From IMG/VR virus record IMGVR_UViG_3300037483_000373, positions 1-60,943 of that record: 60,943 nucleotides of DNA; one strand, written 5' to 3'. Of the stretch, positions 28,172 to 35,673 are shown piece by piece; position 1 is the stretch's first letter; each line of letters begins with the position of its first letter. The notes under the pieces were generated by a model. It made no database searches. It was not told where the DNA came from and saw only the letters and a list, made by a program, of their open reading frames with translations. The DNA comes from a virus. Taxonomy: Duplodnaviria; Caudoviricetes. Made by a program: the position numbers and the translations under genes.

Positions 28172-28360
28172 ATGAACGAGAATGAAAACGACGACGCCCT
28201 GGATATTCACAGCACGTTGAAGCTCGATGTGACAAATCTGCTCGTTCACGCGGAAGAACTCCGCGAGCAGGCCGGTAGGTCTGAGAAGGGGCGCCTACTG
28301 GCGATCGCCTGCACCGAGATCCAGAAGGTGAAGGCGTTCATCGGATACGAAGGGCTTTAA
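28172..28360 (+). CDS. Small hypothetical protein
   Basis: R.LAIA.TE.QK motif. Confidence 0.55.
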   Translation: MNENENDDALDIHSTLKLDVTNLLVHAEELREQAGRSEKGRLLAIACTEIQKVKAFIGYEGL

Positions 28361-28388
28361 GCCATCTCCGCCACCTACACTAACTCGC
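28328..28388 (+). repeat. 61-bp exact direct repeat, copy 1
   Basis: Identical to 30152-30212. Confidence 0.9.
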
Positions 28389-28744
28389 TGCCTACCGACC
28401 TGGATTGGGTACGCTACCTGATCCAGGATACCGATATCACCTCGCCCAAGATGCAGGACGAGGAGATCACGGCAGTGCTGGCAGATCAGCTTGCGAGCGG
28501 AGACGGTGCCAAGTACTACGCGGCGGCAGACTGCCTCTCCTCGCTCCTGGCCTCTTGGGTGTCCAAGGGAGACGGGGTCCTAGAGAAGGAAGTCGACGAT
28601 CTGCGGATCAAGTACGGCGCGGGATCCTCGGCAGCCGAGGCCGTCAACGCCATGATCCAGCGATACCGGGCACGCGGCGCCGATCGCTCCATAGCGACCG
28701 GATCGCGGATCATGATGGTAAGCCCGAGGGTCTCGACGGTATAG
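28364..28744 (+). CDS. Head-tail adaptor (neck) protein; no canonical start for its conserved N-terminus
   Basis: SATYTNSLPTDLDWVRYLIQDTD....MQDEEI, VDDLRIKY; candidate ATC start at 28364. Confidence 0.7.
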   Translation: MSATYTNSLPTDLDWVRYLIQDTDITSPKMQDEEITAVLADQLASGDGAKYYAAADCLSSLLASWVSKGDGVLEKEVDDLRIKYGAGSSAAEAVNAMIQRYRARGADRSIATGSRIMMVSPRVSTV

Positions 28745-28822
28745 GCACTACTCCTCGGGCTGGATCATGGCGTTGACGGCCTCGGCTGCCGAGGATCCCG
28801 CGCCGTACTTGATCCGCAGATC
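28598..28822. repeat. 64-bp perfect inverted repeat (28598-28661 / 28759-28822) with ~30-bp diverged extension
   Basis: Direct comparison of the two arms. Confidence 0.9.
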
Positions 28823-28908
28823 CCCTACCTCTTTCTCTACGATCCCATCCCCTTGAGGGCCGGCCGGGTCGGTTTCGAGGCCGGTGCCGTAGCAGATGGG
28901 GCAGGTCA

Positions 28909-29505
28909 TCAATACCGTTTCCCGCCCGCCTCGTTGCGCGCCTTGGCCTTATGGTCGGCGCGTTCGCGGTTGAACGCCATCTTTTCGACGATGGCTCCGC
29001 CGAGGTCGAGCCCCTCGCGGTGCGCCAGGTGGCCGATGCGTATCACGGCGTCGGCAAGCTCGACCTCCAGCATCTTCCGGTGCGGTAGCTTGTCGTCCAT
29101 GAGGTTTTTTCTGTGGCCCTCCATAGCCTCAGCCAGCTCCGATACGATCAGCATCAGAATCGTGGGCACCTCGGGCGAGGGCTCCCACCCGGCCACCCTG
29201 GCGGCGTGGTAGCACTCCATCGCGAAATCGTTGATGTCGTGGTCGGTCCATGCGTGCGTCGCTTTCTCGGCCGGCTTCAGCTCTTTCAGCGTCGCCTTGA
29301 ATCTGCGATTGCCGAGATTGAAGTCGAGGCCAACGCGGTTGTCGGTCCCCTCAAATCCGTCGAACATCATCTCGACGAAAGACTCCATCACCTCGCTTTG
29401 AACGTCCCTGCGATCCTGGACCGTGGCATGCTTCTTGCCCATGCGCACGCGGACGATCTCGAAGCGCTTGGACAGCCGCGCGTAGCGGACGTGGTAGTTC
29501 TTCAT
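28909..29505 (-). CDS. MazG-like NTP pyrophosphohydrolase
   Basis: LIVSELAEAMEG.RK, EVELADAVIRI, EKMAFN..R.DH. Confidence 0.85.
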   Translation of the reverse strand: MKNYHVRYARLSKRFEIVRVRMGKKHATVQDRRDVQSEVMESFVEMMFDGFEGTDNRVGLDFNLGNRRFKATLKELKPAEKATHAWTDHDINDFAMECYHAARVAGWEPSPEVPTILMLIVSELAEAMEGHRKNLMDDKLPHRKMLEVELADAVIRIGHLAHREGLDLGGAIVEKMAFNRERADHKAKARNEAGGKRY

Positions 29506-29732
29506 CAGAACGGCGCTCCTTCCAGGCTCCTGGCCGCTTGAATGCGCAGGCACTTCTGGCAATCTTTCTCGCTCCCGCTGGCAGCAGTCCACCCGGCGCT
29601 CATCCTCCCGTACGTGGCTTGGCACAGGGCGCGCGCCTTTCCAACCTCCACCAAATGCGCCACCTTGCCGCCTCCGCGCTGAGCGCCGTTTGAGCACCTG
29701 CCGAGCAGCACTAGCCGCTGCGGCCCGCTCAT
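29505..29732 (-). CDS. Small Cys/His hypothetical protein
   Basis: AH..ALC..CQKC; TGATG coupling. Confidence 0.55.
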   Translation of the reverse strand: MSGPQRLVLLGRCSNGAQRGGGKVAHLVEVGKARALCQATYGRMSAGWTAASGSEKDCQKCLRIQAARSLEGAPF

Positions 29733-30133
29733 GGGCGCACCACGTGGGCGGCGTAGAACTCGCGGGCGATGGCATCCTGGGCTTTCCAGCCCTGCACCTG
29801 CCAGCCGTGCGCCGCCGTGTCTTCGGCCATCTTCCCTGCCAGCCTACATTCACTGCCGACAACAAACTCCGCCGCTGAGACGGTAGTCGGTTGATACGGC
29901 TGCCGTGGCCTCTCCATCCACTCCGGCAGCGGATCGCGGTGCTTGGCCGGGTTCCTCATGGTGAGGATGTAGAGAGCCTTCTCGGTGTCGGCCAGCTCAA
30001 TACCATGGCCTAACCGTCCAACCACGAGCAGGGTAGTCCCGCTCTGAATCGGCCAGACTCCGGCTCCAGCAACCTTCTTCGGGTTGACGTACCAGGTGGC
30101 GCCGTGCTTGTCGGTGATCTTACGCAGGTTCAT
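29729..30133 (-). CDS. Hypothetical protein
   Basis: SD AAAGGAG before ATG 30133. Confidence 0.55.
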   Translation of the reverse strand: MNLRKITDKHGATWYVNPKKVAGAGVWPIQSGTTLLVVGRLGHGIELADTEKALYILTMRNPAKHRDPLPEWMERPRQPYQPTTVSAAEFVVGSECRLAGKMAEDTAAHGWQVQGWKAQDAIAREFYAAHVVRP

Positions 30134-30151
30134 CACAGCTCCTTTCTCAAC

Positions 30152-30212
30152 GTGAAGGCGTTCATCGGATACGAAGGGCTTTAAGCCATCTCCGCCACCT
30201 ACACTAACTCGC
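30152..30212 (+). repeat. 61-bp exact direct repeat, copy 2
   Basis: Identical to 28328-28388. Confidence 0.9.
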
Positions 30213-30228
30213 GGATCATCCAACTCGA

Positions 30229-30765
30229 TCACTTGCTTTGCTCTCGGCGAGCTAGCGCCGCGACGGCGATCGCCCGTAGGTCTTCATCTGTCGCGGCGCG
30301 GGGATCGAGGAAGGCCAGCGAAGGGACCGCGGGCTGTGGATCTTTCCACGCGGACGGACACGTGCGGCGGTCCATGGCAGACATGATCGCGCAGATCAGG
30401 TCACCGGTAGCCACCTGGCCCAGCCCGAGCAGGACGCGTGCGATCCGTATCCGCAGCTGCCGCTCCCCATCCAGCCGACGATCTTCCAGGTGCCTTCGTG
30501 GTGGCAAGAGGCGCGCCGGCACGATCGTCCACCGGCACTCGACCCACCCATCTCGGAGGATGTGGTGGCCGAGAATGCCAGTCGCTGTGAGCGCGCTGAG
30601 CACGAGCGGTCCAGGATCGCGAAGGCTCATGCACGGTGACCGCCTGGCGGCCAGCCGGGCCACGATGTCATCGTAGCGATCGACTTCGGCAGCGATCTCG
30701 GCGCGCTTTGCTCTCTCACTGGTCATGTGGCAGCTCCTGTTGATTGTGGTCTGTGCGGTGGTCAT
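30229..30765 (-). CDS. Hypothetical protein
   Basis: First gene after P8. Confidence 0.55.
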   Translation of the reverse strand: MTTAQTTINRSCHMTSERAKRAEIAAEVDRYDDIVARLAARRSPCMSLRDPGPLVLSALTATGILGHHILRDGWVECRWTIVPARLLPPRRHLEDRRLDGERQLRIRIARVLLGLGQVATGDLICAIMSAMDRRTCPSAWKDPQPAVPSLAFLDPRAATDEDLRAIAVAALARREQSK

Positions 30766-30803
30766 GGCTTGCCCCGTGGCGGGTTGTTTCTCTCTCTAGG
30801 AAC

Positions 30804-30832
30804 AGACTACTACGTCTTTGCCAGCCTGTCAA
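30804..30832 (-). promoter_or_regulatory. Motif promoter P8
   Basis: TTGACAGGCTGGCAA; TTGACA-17-TAGTCT. Confidence 0.8.
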
Positions 30833-30940
30833 GACCCTGGGGCGAAGTTTCTGCTAGAATATTGCCAGGTCGGGCGGATCTCCTGCGCGTCGAGCGCTCT
30901 CACCCGCTCCGCGTACCCTCTCCGCCCGGCCTCTTTTTAC

Positions 30941-31294
30941 ATGGCAGCCTTCATCACAGCCGATCTCCGAGACCTCTGCACCGACACGGTGACCGCGTAT
31001 ACGATATCTGTGGACGGCTTCGGCAGGCCCACAGTGACCGGCTCCACCGTGTTCACGTCCTGTCGGGTGTCGGGCTCCAACAAGCTGGTGCGCGACGCCT
31101 CCGGCGCTGAGGTGGTGTCCACCGTCCAGGCGCTCATACTGGACGACGGGGCCGCAGATGTCGCTCTCGGCACCACCGGGTATCAGTATTCAATCCCTGA
31201 TCGCTACGCACGGAACACCGGCCTCGAAGCCATTTCGGTTAGTCGAGTGACCGACGAGAACGGCGGCCACCACGTGAAAGTGGCCTTCCCCTAA
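30941..31294 (+). CDS. Head-closure (stopper) protein
   Basis: DGFGRP, CRV, LVRDASGAEVVS, DENGGHHVKV. Confidence 0.75.
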   Translation: MAAFITADLRDLCTDTVTAYTISVDGFGRPTVTGSTVFTSCRVSGSNKLVRDASGAEVVSTVQALILDDGAADVALGTTGYQYSIPDRYARNTGLEAISVSRVTDENGGHHVKVAFP

Positions 31295-31311
31295 CCTGAC
31301 CGGAGACCGCA

Positions 31312-31626
31312 ATGAACCCCATCACCTCCCTACTCGCGCGCCTGTTCACTGCCACTGACATCGAGACCGGAGAAGTCCGTGCCTCTGTCGAAAAACTAGT
31401 AGCCGGGCTGCTCGCCGTCCTGCCAGGGCTGATCGCCCTGCTCTCGACTACCGGCCTGATCGGCCCTGACCAGAGTGTCGCGGTGTCGCAGAATCTGAGC
31501 ACCATCCTTGCGCACTCTGCCGAGCCTCTCACGCTACTGGTCGTTGGCATCCTCTGGTGGCGCAAGCGCGACAAGCACGACCAGCTGGTCAAGGCCGACG
31601 TCGTCGAAGTCGTGAGCAAGCCTTGA
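31312..31626 (+). CDS. Holin-like two-TM protein
   Basis: Two hydrophobic helices, basic C-terminal region. Confidence 0.5.
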   Translation: MNPITSLLARLFTATDIETGEVRASVEKLVAGLLAVLPGLIALLSTTGLIGPDQSVAVSQNLSTILAHSAEPLTLLVVGILWWRKRDKHDQLVKADVVEVVSKP

Positions 31627-31651
31627 CAGGCTGACACACTCCTGGTAGGCT
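31623..31651 (+). promoter_or_regulatory. Motif promoter P9
   Basis: TTGACAGGCTGACA; TTGACA-17-TAGGCT. Confidence 0.8.
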
Positions 31652-31687
31652 GTCGCAGTCAGCGCTCAATGCAGGGCGCAGGCAGGC

Positions 31688-32125
31688 ATGGAGAAGGTAA
31701 TGCATAGCGAAGCCGTGCAAGATTCGATCGGGGCCGAGACGGTCGTGCCAACTTGGAAAACCAGGGCCGGGCGGCTTATCCCTATTTGCGACTTGGAGGA
31801 TGGGCACTTGCTGAACATTCTCTGTATGATCAGGCGTGCCGCTGTCAATCTTAGCGCTGCCAGGACCGTTCGCGCCCTCTTGACTCCCGGTCCGCAGGGA
31901 GAGATGGCTCAGATGGCATTCGAACAAGAGGTGGGCGAGCAGATCGACGCCACTTGGCGAGATGCCCTGCCGAAAGACTGGCCAGCGCTGTACGAGGAGG
32001 CGGAAAGTAGACCGCACATCGCCGCAGCAGCTCGGGCAATTCGTGCTGACGACATGGGAGAGATGCAGTTTGCGCTAGAGCTGGCAGCCCTGGCGCGTCG
32101 TGGAGAGTGCAATGACCGGCCTTGA
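31688..32125 (+). CDS. Hypothetical protein
   Basis: WKT..G..I.I.DL.D.HL.NI phage motif. Confidence 0.6.
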   Translation: MEKVMHSEAVQDSIGAETVVPTWKTRAGRLIPICDLEDGHLLNILCMIRRAAVNLSAARTVRALLTPGPQGEMAQMAFEQEVGEQIDATWRDALPKDWPALYEEAESRPHIAAAARAIRADDMGEMQFALELAALARRGECNDRP

Positions 32126-32711
32126 CGTGACCCTCGAATCCCAAGAGCGTGAGAAGTACACCCAGGCATGGGCTACGCCTGAATACCGGGAAGCCTGCCA
32201 CGGGCTGGCCCTGCTTCAGGCACGGCCGGAGTTGTTCAGGCTTAACCCTGATATGCGCATCCTCGATATCGGGTGCGGTACGGGCCGCTTGTTCGGGTAC
32301 CTGAACGAGAACGGCTACAACTGCTGGGCCATAGACATCGCGTCGAACTGTCTAGACGAGGACGTACAGGCCAGGTGGGGTTGCGATCTGTACGTAGCTC
32401 CGCTGTGGGTTAAGGTGTTCGGCTACAGCGAATTCGAACTCGGCATCTGCACCGACGTGATGGAGCACATCCCGCCCGAGAAGGTCGACGACACCCTCGC
32501 CGAGATCGGACGATGCTGCGATCGGGTGATCTTCAAGATCGCGCATGTGCCGGATGTCTGCGGAGGTGGTTCGTACCACCTCACGGTGCAACCGGTGAAC
32601 TGGTGGATGGGCCGCATGGGTTCCGCGGTGTCCGGCTCTGTGGTGACGATGCATGGCCACGTAGAGCGGTCAGGCTACGAAGACTCTATCCTTGAGTGGG
32701 TGGTTCGGTGA
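32112..32711 (+). CDS. Class I SAM methyltransferase
   Basis: ILDIGCGTG, CTDVMEHIP. Confidence 0.9.
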   Translation: MTGLDVTLESQEREKYTQAWATPEYREACHGLALLQARPELFRLNPDMRILDIGCGTGRLFGYLNENGYNCWAIDIASNCLDEDVQARWGCDLYVAPLWVKVFGYSEFELGICTDVMEHIPPEKVDDTLAEIGRCCDRVIFKIAHVPDVCGGGSYHLTVQPVNWWMGRMGSAVSGSVVTMHGHVERSGYEDSILEWVVR

Positions 32712-33058
32712 CAAAGTCGGAGCGCCTTCGCCGCCGCATCATCTGGCACCTTCGCCACGTCTGGATATGGTACGAGGGCAACAGATGGGAATCATTCTTC
32801 GCCCTTGCCAGTGAGCTTGGAGAGACGGTACCCGTGATCAAGAGGGAGGTCCACCGCCTGCAACGGTCTGGAGCCCTGAACTACTCTTTCATGGTGGACT
32901 ACGACTGCCGCGTCTACGGGAGCGGTTACTTCCTGGCCGGACCGTGGACGACTCACTGCCCTGGACGTGCCGAGGATCCATTACCGGATGAATTCGAAAT
33001 CAGCCCGTCGGAAGCTGCGGTCGCCCTGAGCATCTTGCTCAGACGGAGCGAGCCATGA
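32708..33058 (+). CDS. Hypothetical winged-helix-like protein
   Basis: LASELG...IKREVHRL...G; coupled at both ends. Confidence 0.5.
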   Translation: MTKSERLRRRIIWHLRHVWIWYEGNRWESFFALASELGETVPVIKREVHRLQRSGALNYSFMVDYDCRVYGSGYFLAGPWTTHCPGRAEDPLPDEFEISPSEAAVALSILLRRSEP

Positions 33059-33702
33059 GCATCTACCTCCTGAACCTCTACGCGGAGAACTCCCACCCCC
33101 ACCCGGTTCTATTCGTGCATATCCCGAAGACAGGCGGGACGAGCATCCGCGACAACCCGAAGGTAGAGCAGGTGAACGCTGACGGGTGGCTGCATGCGCC
33201 GCCATGGATGAAGATGGGCAATGAGCGGGCTATCTACGATGCAGGCGGCAGTCTTCGCCCCTTCGAGGATTTCCCGCTGGAATGGCACTACCCGTCCTTC
33301 GCCTTCGTGCGCGACCCGTGGGACCGCCTGGTGAGCTGCTGGAAGGATTTCCACTATCTGCGAGCACAGACTGAACTGCAATTCGGCGAGTTCGTCGAGT
33401 TGGCGCGATGGGTGGGCCTGCCAGAGCAACACGTAGACAACCGAGAACACATCCTCCACCACCTAGCCCCGCAGACACACCCGGTCCACGGGCTCCAGCA
33501 CGCGAAGTCCATCGGCCGATACGAGACGCTAGAGACCGATCTTGACCGCTTCTGCGACGAGAACGGCCTGCCACGAATCACACCCCTCCCGAGACACCGC
33601 GACAGCTCGGCGCATCCCTCTCCGGAGCGCACGCCCGAGCTTGAGCGACTGGTGCGTGAGATGTACGCGGAGGATTACAAGATGCTGGAGCACCTCCCAT
33701 GA
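33055..33702 (+). CDS. Sulfotransferase family 2 (carbohydrate sulfotransferase)
   Basis: FVHIPKTGGTSI (5'-PSB), FVRDPWDRLVS (3'-PB), H..PQ, IGRYE, Y.ED. Confidence 0.9.
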   Translation: MSIYLLNLYAENSHPHPVLFVHIPKTGGTSIRDNPKVEQVNADGWLHAPPWMKMGNERAIYDAGGSLRPFEDFPLEWHYPSFAFVRDPWDRLVSCWKDFHYLRAQTELQFGEFVELARWVGLPEQHVDNREHILHHLAPQTHPVHGLQHAKSIGRYETLETDLDRFCDENGLPRITPLPRHRDSSAHPSPERTPELERLVREMYAEDYKMLEHLP

Positions 33703-33784
33703 GACTGTTTGTCGCAATAATGTATGGCGTTGCAGCCTATCTGCTTGTCCACACAGGAGTTGCTTACGGAATGGAAAAACCTCG

Positions 33785-34390
33785 ATGAGCATTGCAATGG
33801 AAATGAGATCGGATCTCGGCTACGTCATCGTCGGCTCTGCCCCCGGGGCGATCGAGCCCGACGCGACATTCGCTCATCACACCATTGCCGCGAACGGCGG
33901 TGGTGCCCTCTGCGCGCAGTGGGGAATCCCGGTGGACTACCTATGCACCACCTCGCATCTGTTCAGGAACTCGGCATCTGAGGCTGAGCGGCTCACGGCC
34001 GGCTCGCTCTGGAACCTGAAGGTCAGGAGTCGAGTCTTCGTCGACGTCGCCAGCTACCCAGAGGTGACGATGCGCGTGCATGCGGCGATTCGGTGTCGAG
34101 ATTTCGAGATTGTTGACAAGACGGGCCGAGAGGTGGTCGTGCGCGTGGCTATGGGTATGGCGAGGACCCGCCCTGCCATCCTCGACATGACCCGCGTATC
34201 CACCGGAGTCTGGGCCGTGTGTCTCGCAGTGGCTTCAGGCTCGCCGCGCGTGCTCGTCACGGGTATCGATCCAGACTCACAAGGCCATTGCGGGATCGAA
34301 GCGGATGGGCCACCGAGAGACCACGTGGCAGAAGATCGAGCCGTACTGGGAGCCCTAGAGGCTGCTGGACTCGTGGAGGTGCTGAGGTGA
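33785..34390 (+). CDS. GT29/DUF115-like glycosyltransferase-fold protein
   Basis: IVGSAP, IAANG, STG.WA, V.VTGID, H..ED. Confidence 0.55.
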   Translation: MSIAMEMRSDLGYVIVGSAPGAIEPDATFAHHTIAANGGGALCAQWGIPVDYLCTTSHLFRNSASEAERLTAGSLWNLKVRSRVFVDVASYPEVTMRVHAAIRCRDFEIVDKTGREVVVRVAMGMARTRPAILDMTRVSTGVWAVCLAVASGSPRVLVTGIDPDSQGHCGIEADGPPRDHVAEDRAVLGALEAAGLVEVLR

Positions 34391-34770
34391 AGCTGGTGTG
34401 GAAGGATGAAACCGGGTGGTCTCAGGGCGAAGACAAGTCAGAGCCGCGAACCTGGAAGGCCAAGGCGGCAGGTATCACCCTCTGTGTAACCAGGCATATC
34501 CATTGCGCTCCCGACCAGTGGCTTGGCAAATGCTACGGGCTTGCGATCTCAGAGGCTGAACTTGGGCCCGACCTGGAGGAAGCTAAGCGCAGGCTCATCT
34601 CAACAGCCCAAAGCGCGGCCGCGGCCATTGTTGCCGCCTTGGCCGATGATGAGACTGCGGCGGTACCGTCCCTTGCAAAGGACTCGCCACGCCCCAAGGA
34701 GGAAAGGCTACTGTGTGATGTGGAAGAGATGAACCGGATACTCAGGGAGGATGTTGTGTGGAAGACCTAA
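34387..34770 (+). CDS. Hypothetical protein
   Basis: SD GGAGG, GTGA coupling. Confidence 0.55.
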   Translation: MKLVWKDETGWSQGEDKSEPRTWKAKAAGITLCVTRHIHCAPDQWLGKCYGLAISEAELGPDLEEAKRRLISTAQSAAAAIVAALADDETAAVPSLAKDSPRPKEERLLCDVEEMNRILREDVVWKT

Positions 34771-35405
34771 CCAGGCTCGCCTACCAGCAGAGCGCAGACA
34801 CCGCGGAGGAGTCCACGCGTTGCCTCCTGGCGGCATTCGCCTACCTGGGCATCCCTGAGTCCATGATCGATCTCGGATGCGGAGACGGGCACCTGGTGCA
34901 AGTGGCAGGCAGCGTTGACAGGCTTACCCCTCGTGGGTGGGGGCGGTGCGTGGCGTATGGTGTTGACGCAAACGCCGATTCATTACGCGGCGGCGGCACT
35001 TACGATCAGTGGCACGTAGAGAGGGGTGATCTATCCAAGCCGCTGAACTTGGATACACTCTTCAAGTATGCGGACCCGAAAAGGCACGTGTTTGACATGG
35101 CCCTCTGCTGGGAGGTAGCAGAGCACCTGCCGCCCGCGACCGGGCCTACCCTATGTGACACTGCGGTGTCCGTGCTCAAGCCCGGAGGCTGGCTCCTGTG
35201 GACCGCTGCGGTGCCTGGGCAAGGCGGGAGCGGGCACCTTGCGGAATTCCCACATTCACATTGGAAATTCCTACTCACTGAGCGCGGGCTACTCTACCAG
35301 CCTGGGATCACGAACACGCTCCGCCGAGTGTGGGCAGAGGTGGCGCCTAAGGCCTTTTGGTACGGGCAGAATCTTCTCGTATTCAAGAAGCCGGAAGCGG
35401 CATAG
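34758..35405 (+). CDS. Class I SAM methyltransferase
   Basis: IDLGCGDG, EVAEHL, AAVPGQGG.GH. Confidence 0.88.
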   Translation: MEDLTRLAYQQSADTAEESTRCLLAAFAYLGIPESMIDLGCGDGHLVQVAGSVDRLTPRGWGRCVAYGVDANADSLRGGGTYDQWHVERGDLSKPLNLDTLFKYADPKRHVFDMALCWEVAEHLPPATGPTLCDTAVSVLKPGGWLLWTAAVPGQGGSGHLAEFPHSHWKFLLTERGLLYQPGITNTLRRVWAEVAPKAFWYGQNLLVFKKPEAA

Positions 35406-35466
35406 CACAACCAAGGACCAAGCCAACCATGACCGAACCTAACCGAGACATACACGAGGTGAAGCG

Positions 35467-35673
35467 ATGAGCGCAGGAATGCTTTGTTTGAAGTGTCGAG
35501 AATACATGGCAAGGTGCAAGTGTGTGCAGCCAGCGCCGTCCACGGACGCCAAGAGGCCGCACAGCGGGGGAGATCTGGCGGTGATGATCAGAGACGCGTA
35601 CGCCGGGGCCGCAGCAGACGATATCCACTTGGACAAGTACGTCCCGTGGACTGGCGTCAGAGGTGGGTTCTAA
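35467..35673 (+). CDS. Small hypothetical protein
   Basis: SD GAGGTG, TAATG coupling. Confidence 0.5.
   Translation: MSAGMLCLKCREYMARCKCVQPAPSTDAKRPHSGGDLAVMIRDAYAGAAADDIHLDKYVPWTGVRGGF

Noticed and set aside
28328-30212. Diversity-generating retroelement TR/VR pair
   Set aside because: Copies are identical or differ at synonymous, non-adenine-specific sites; no reverse transcriptase seen
34915-34924. Eleventh TTGACAGGCT promoter
   Set aside because: Inside a methyltransferase CDS with no -10 box at 17-18 bp; could still be an operator
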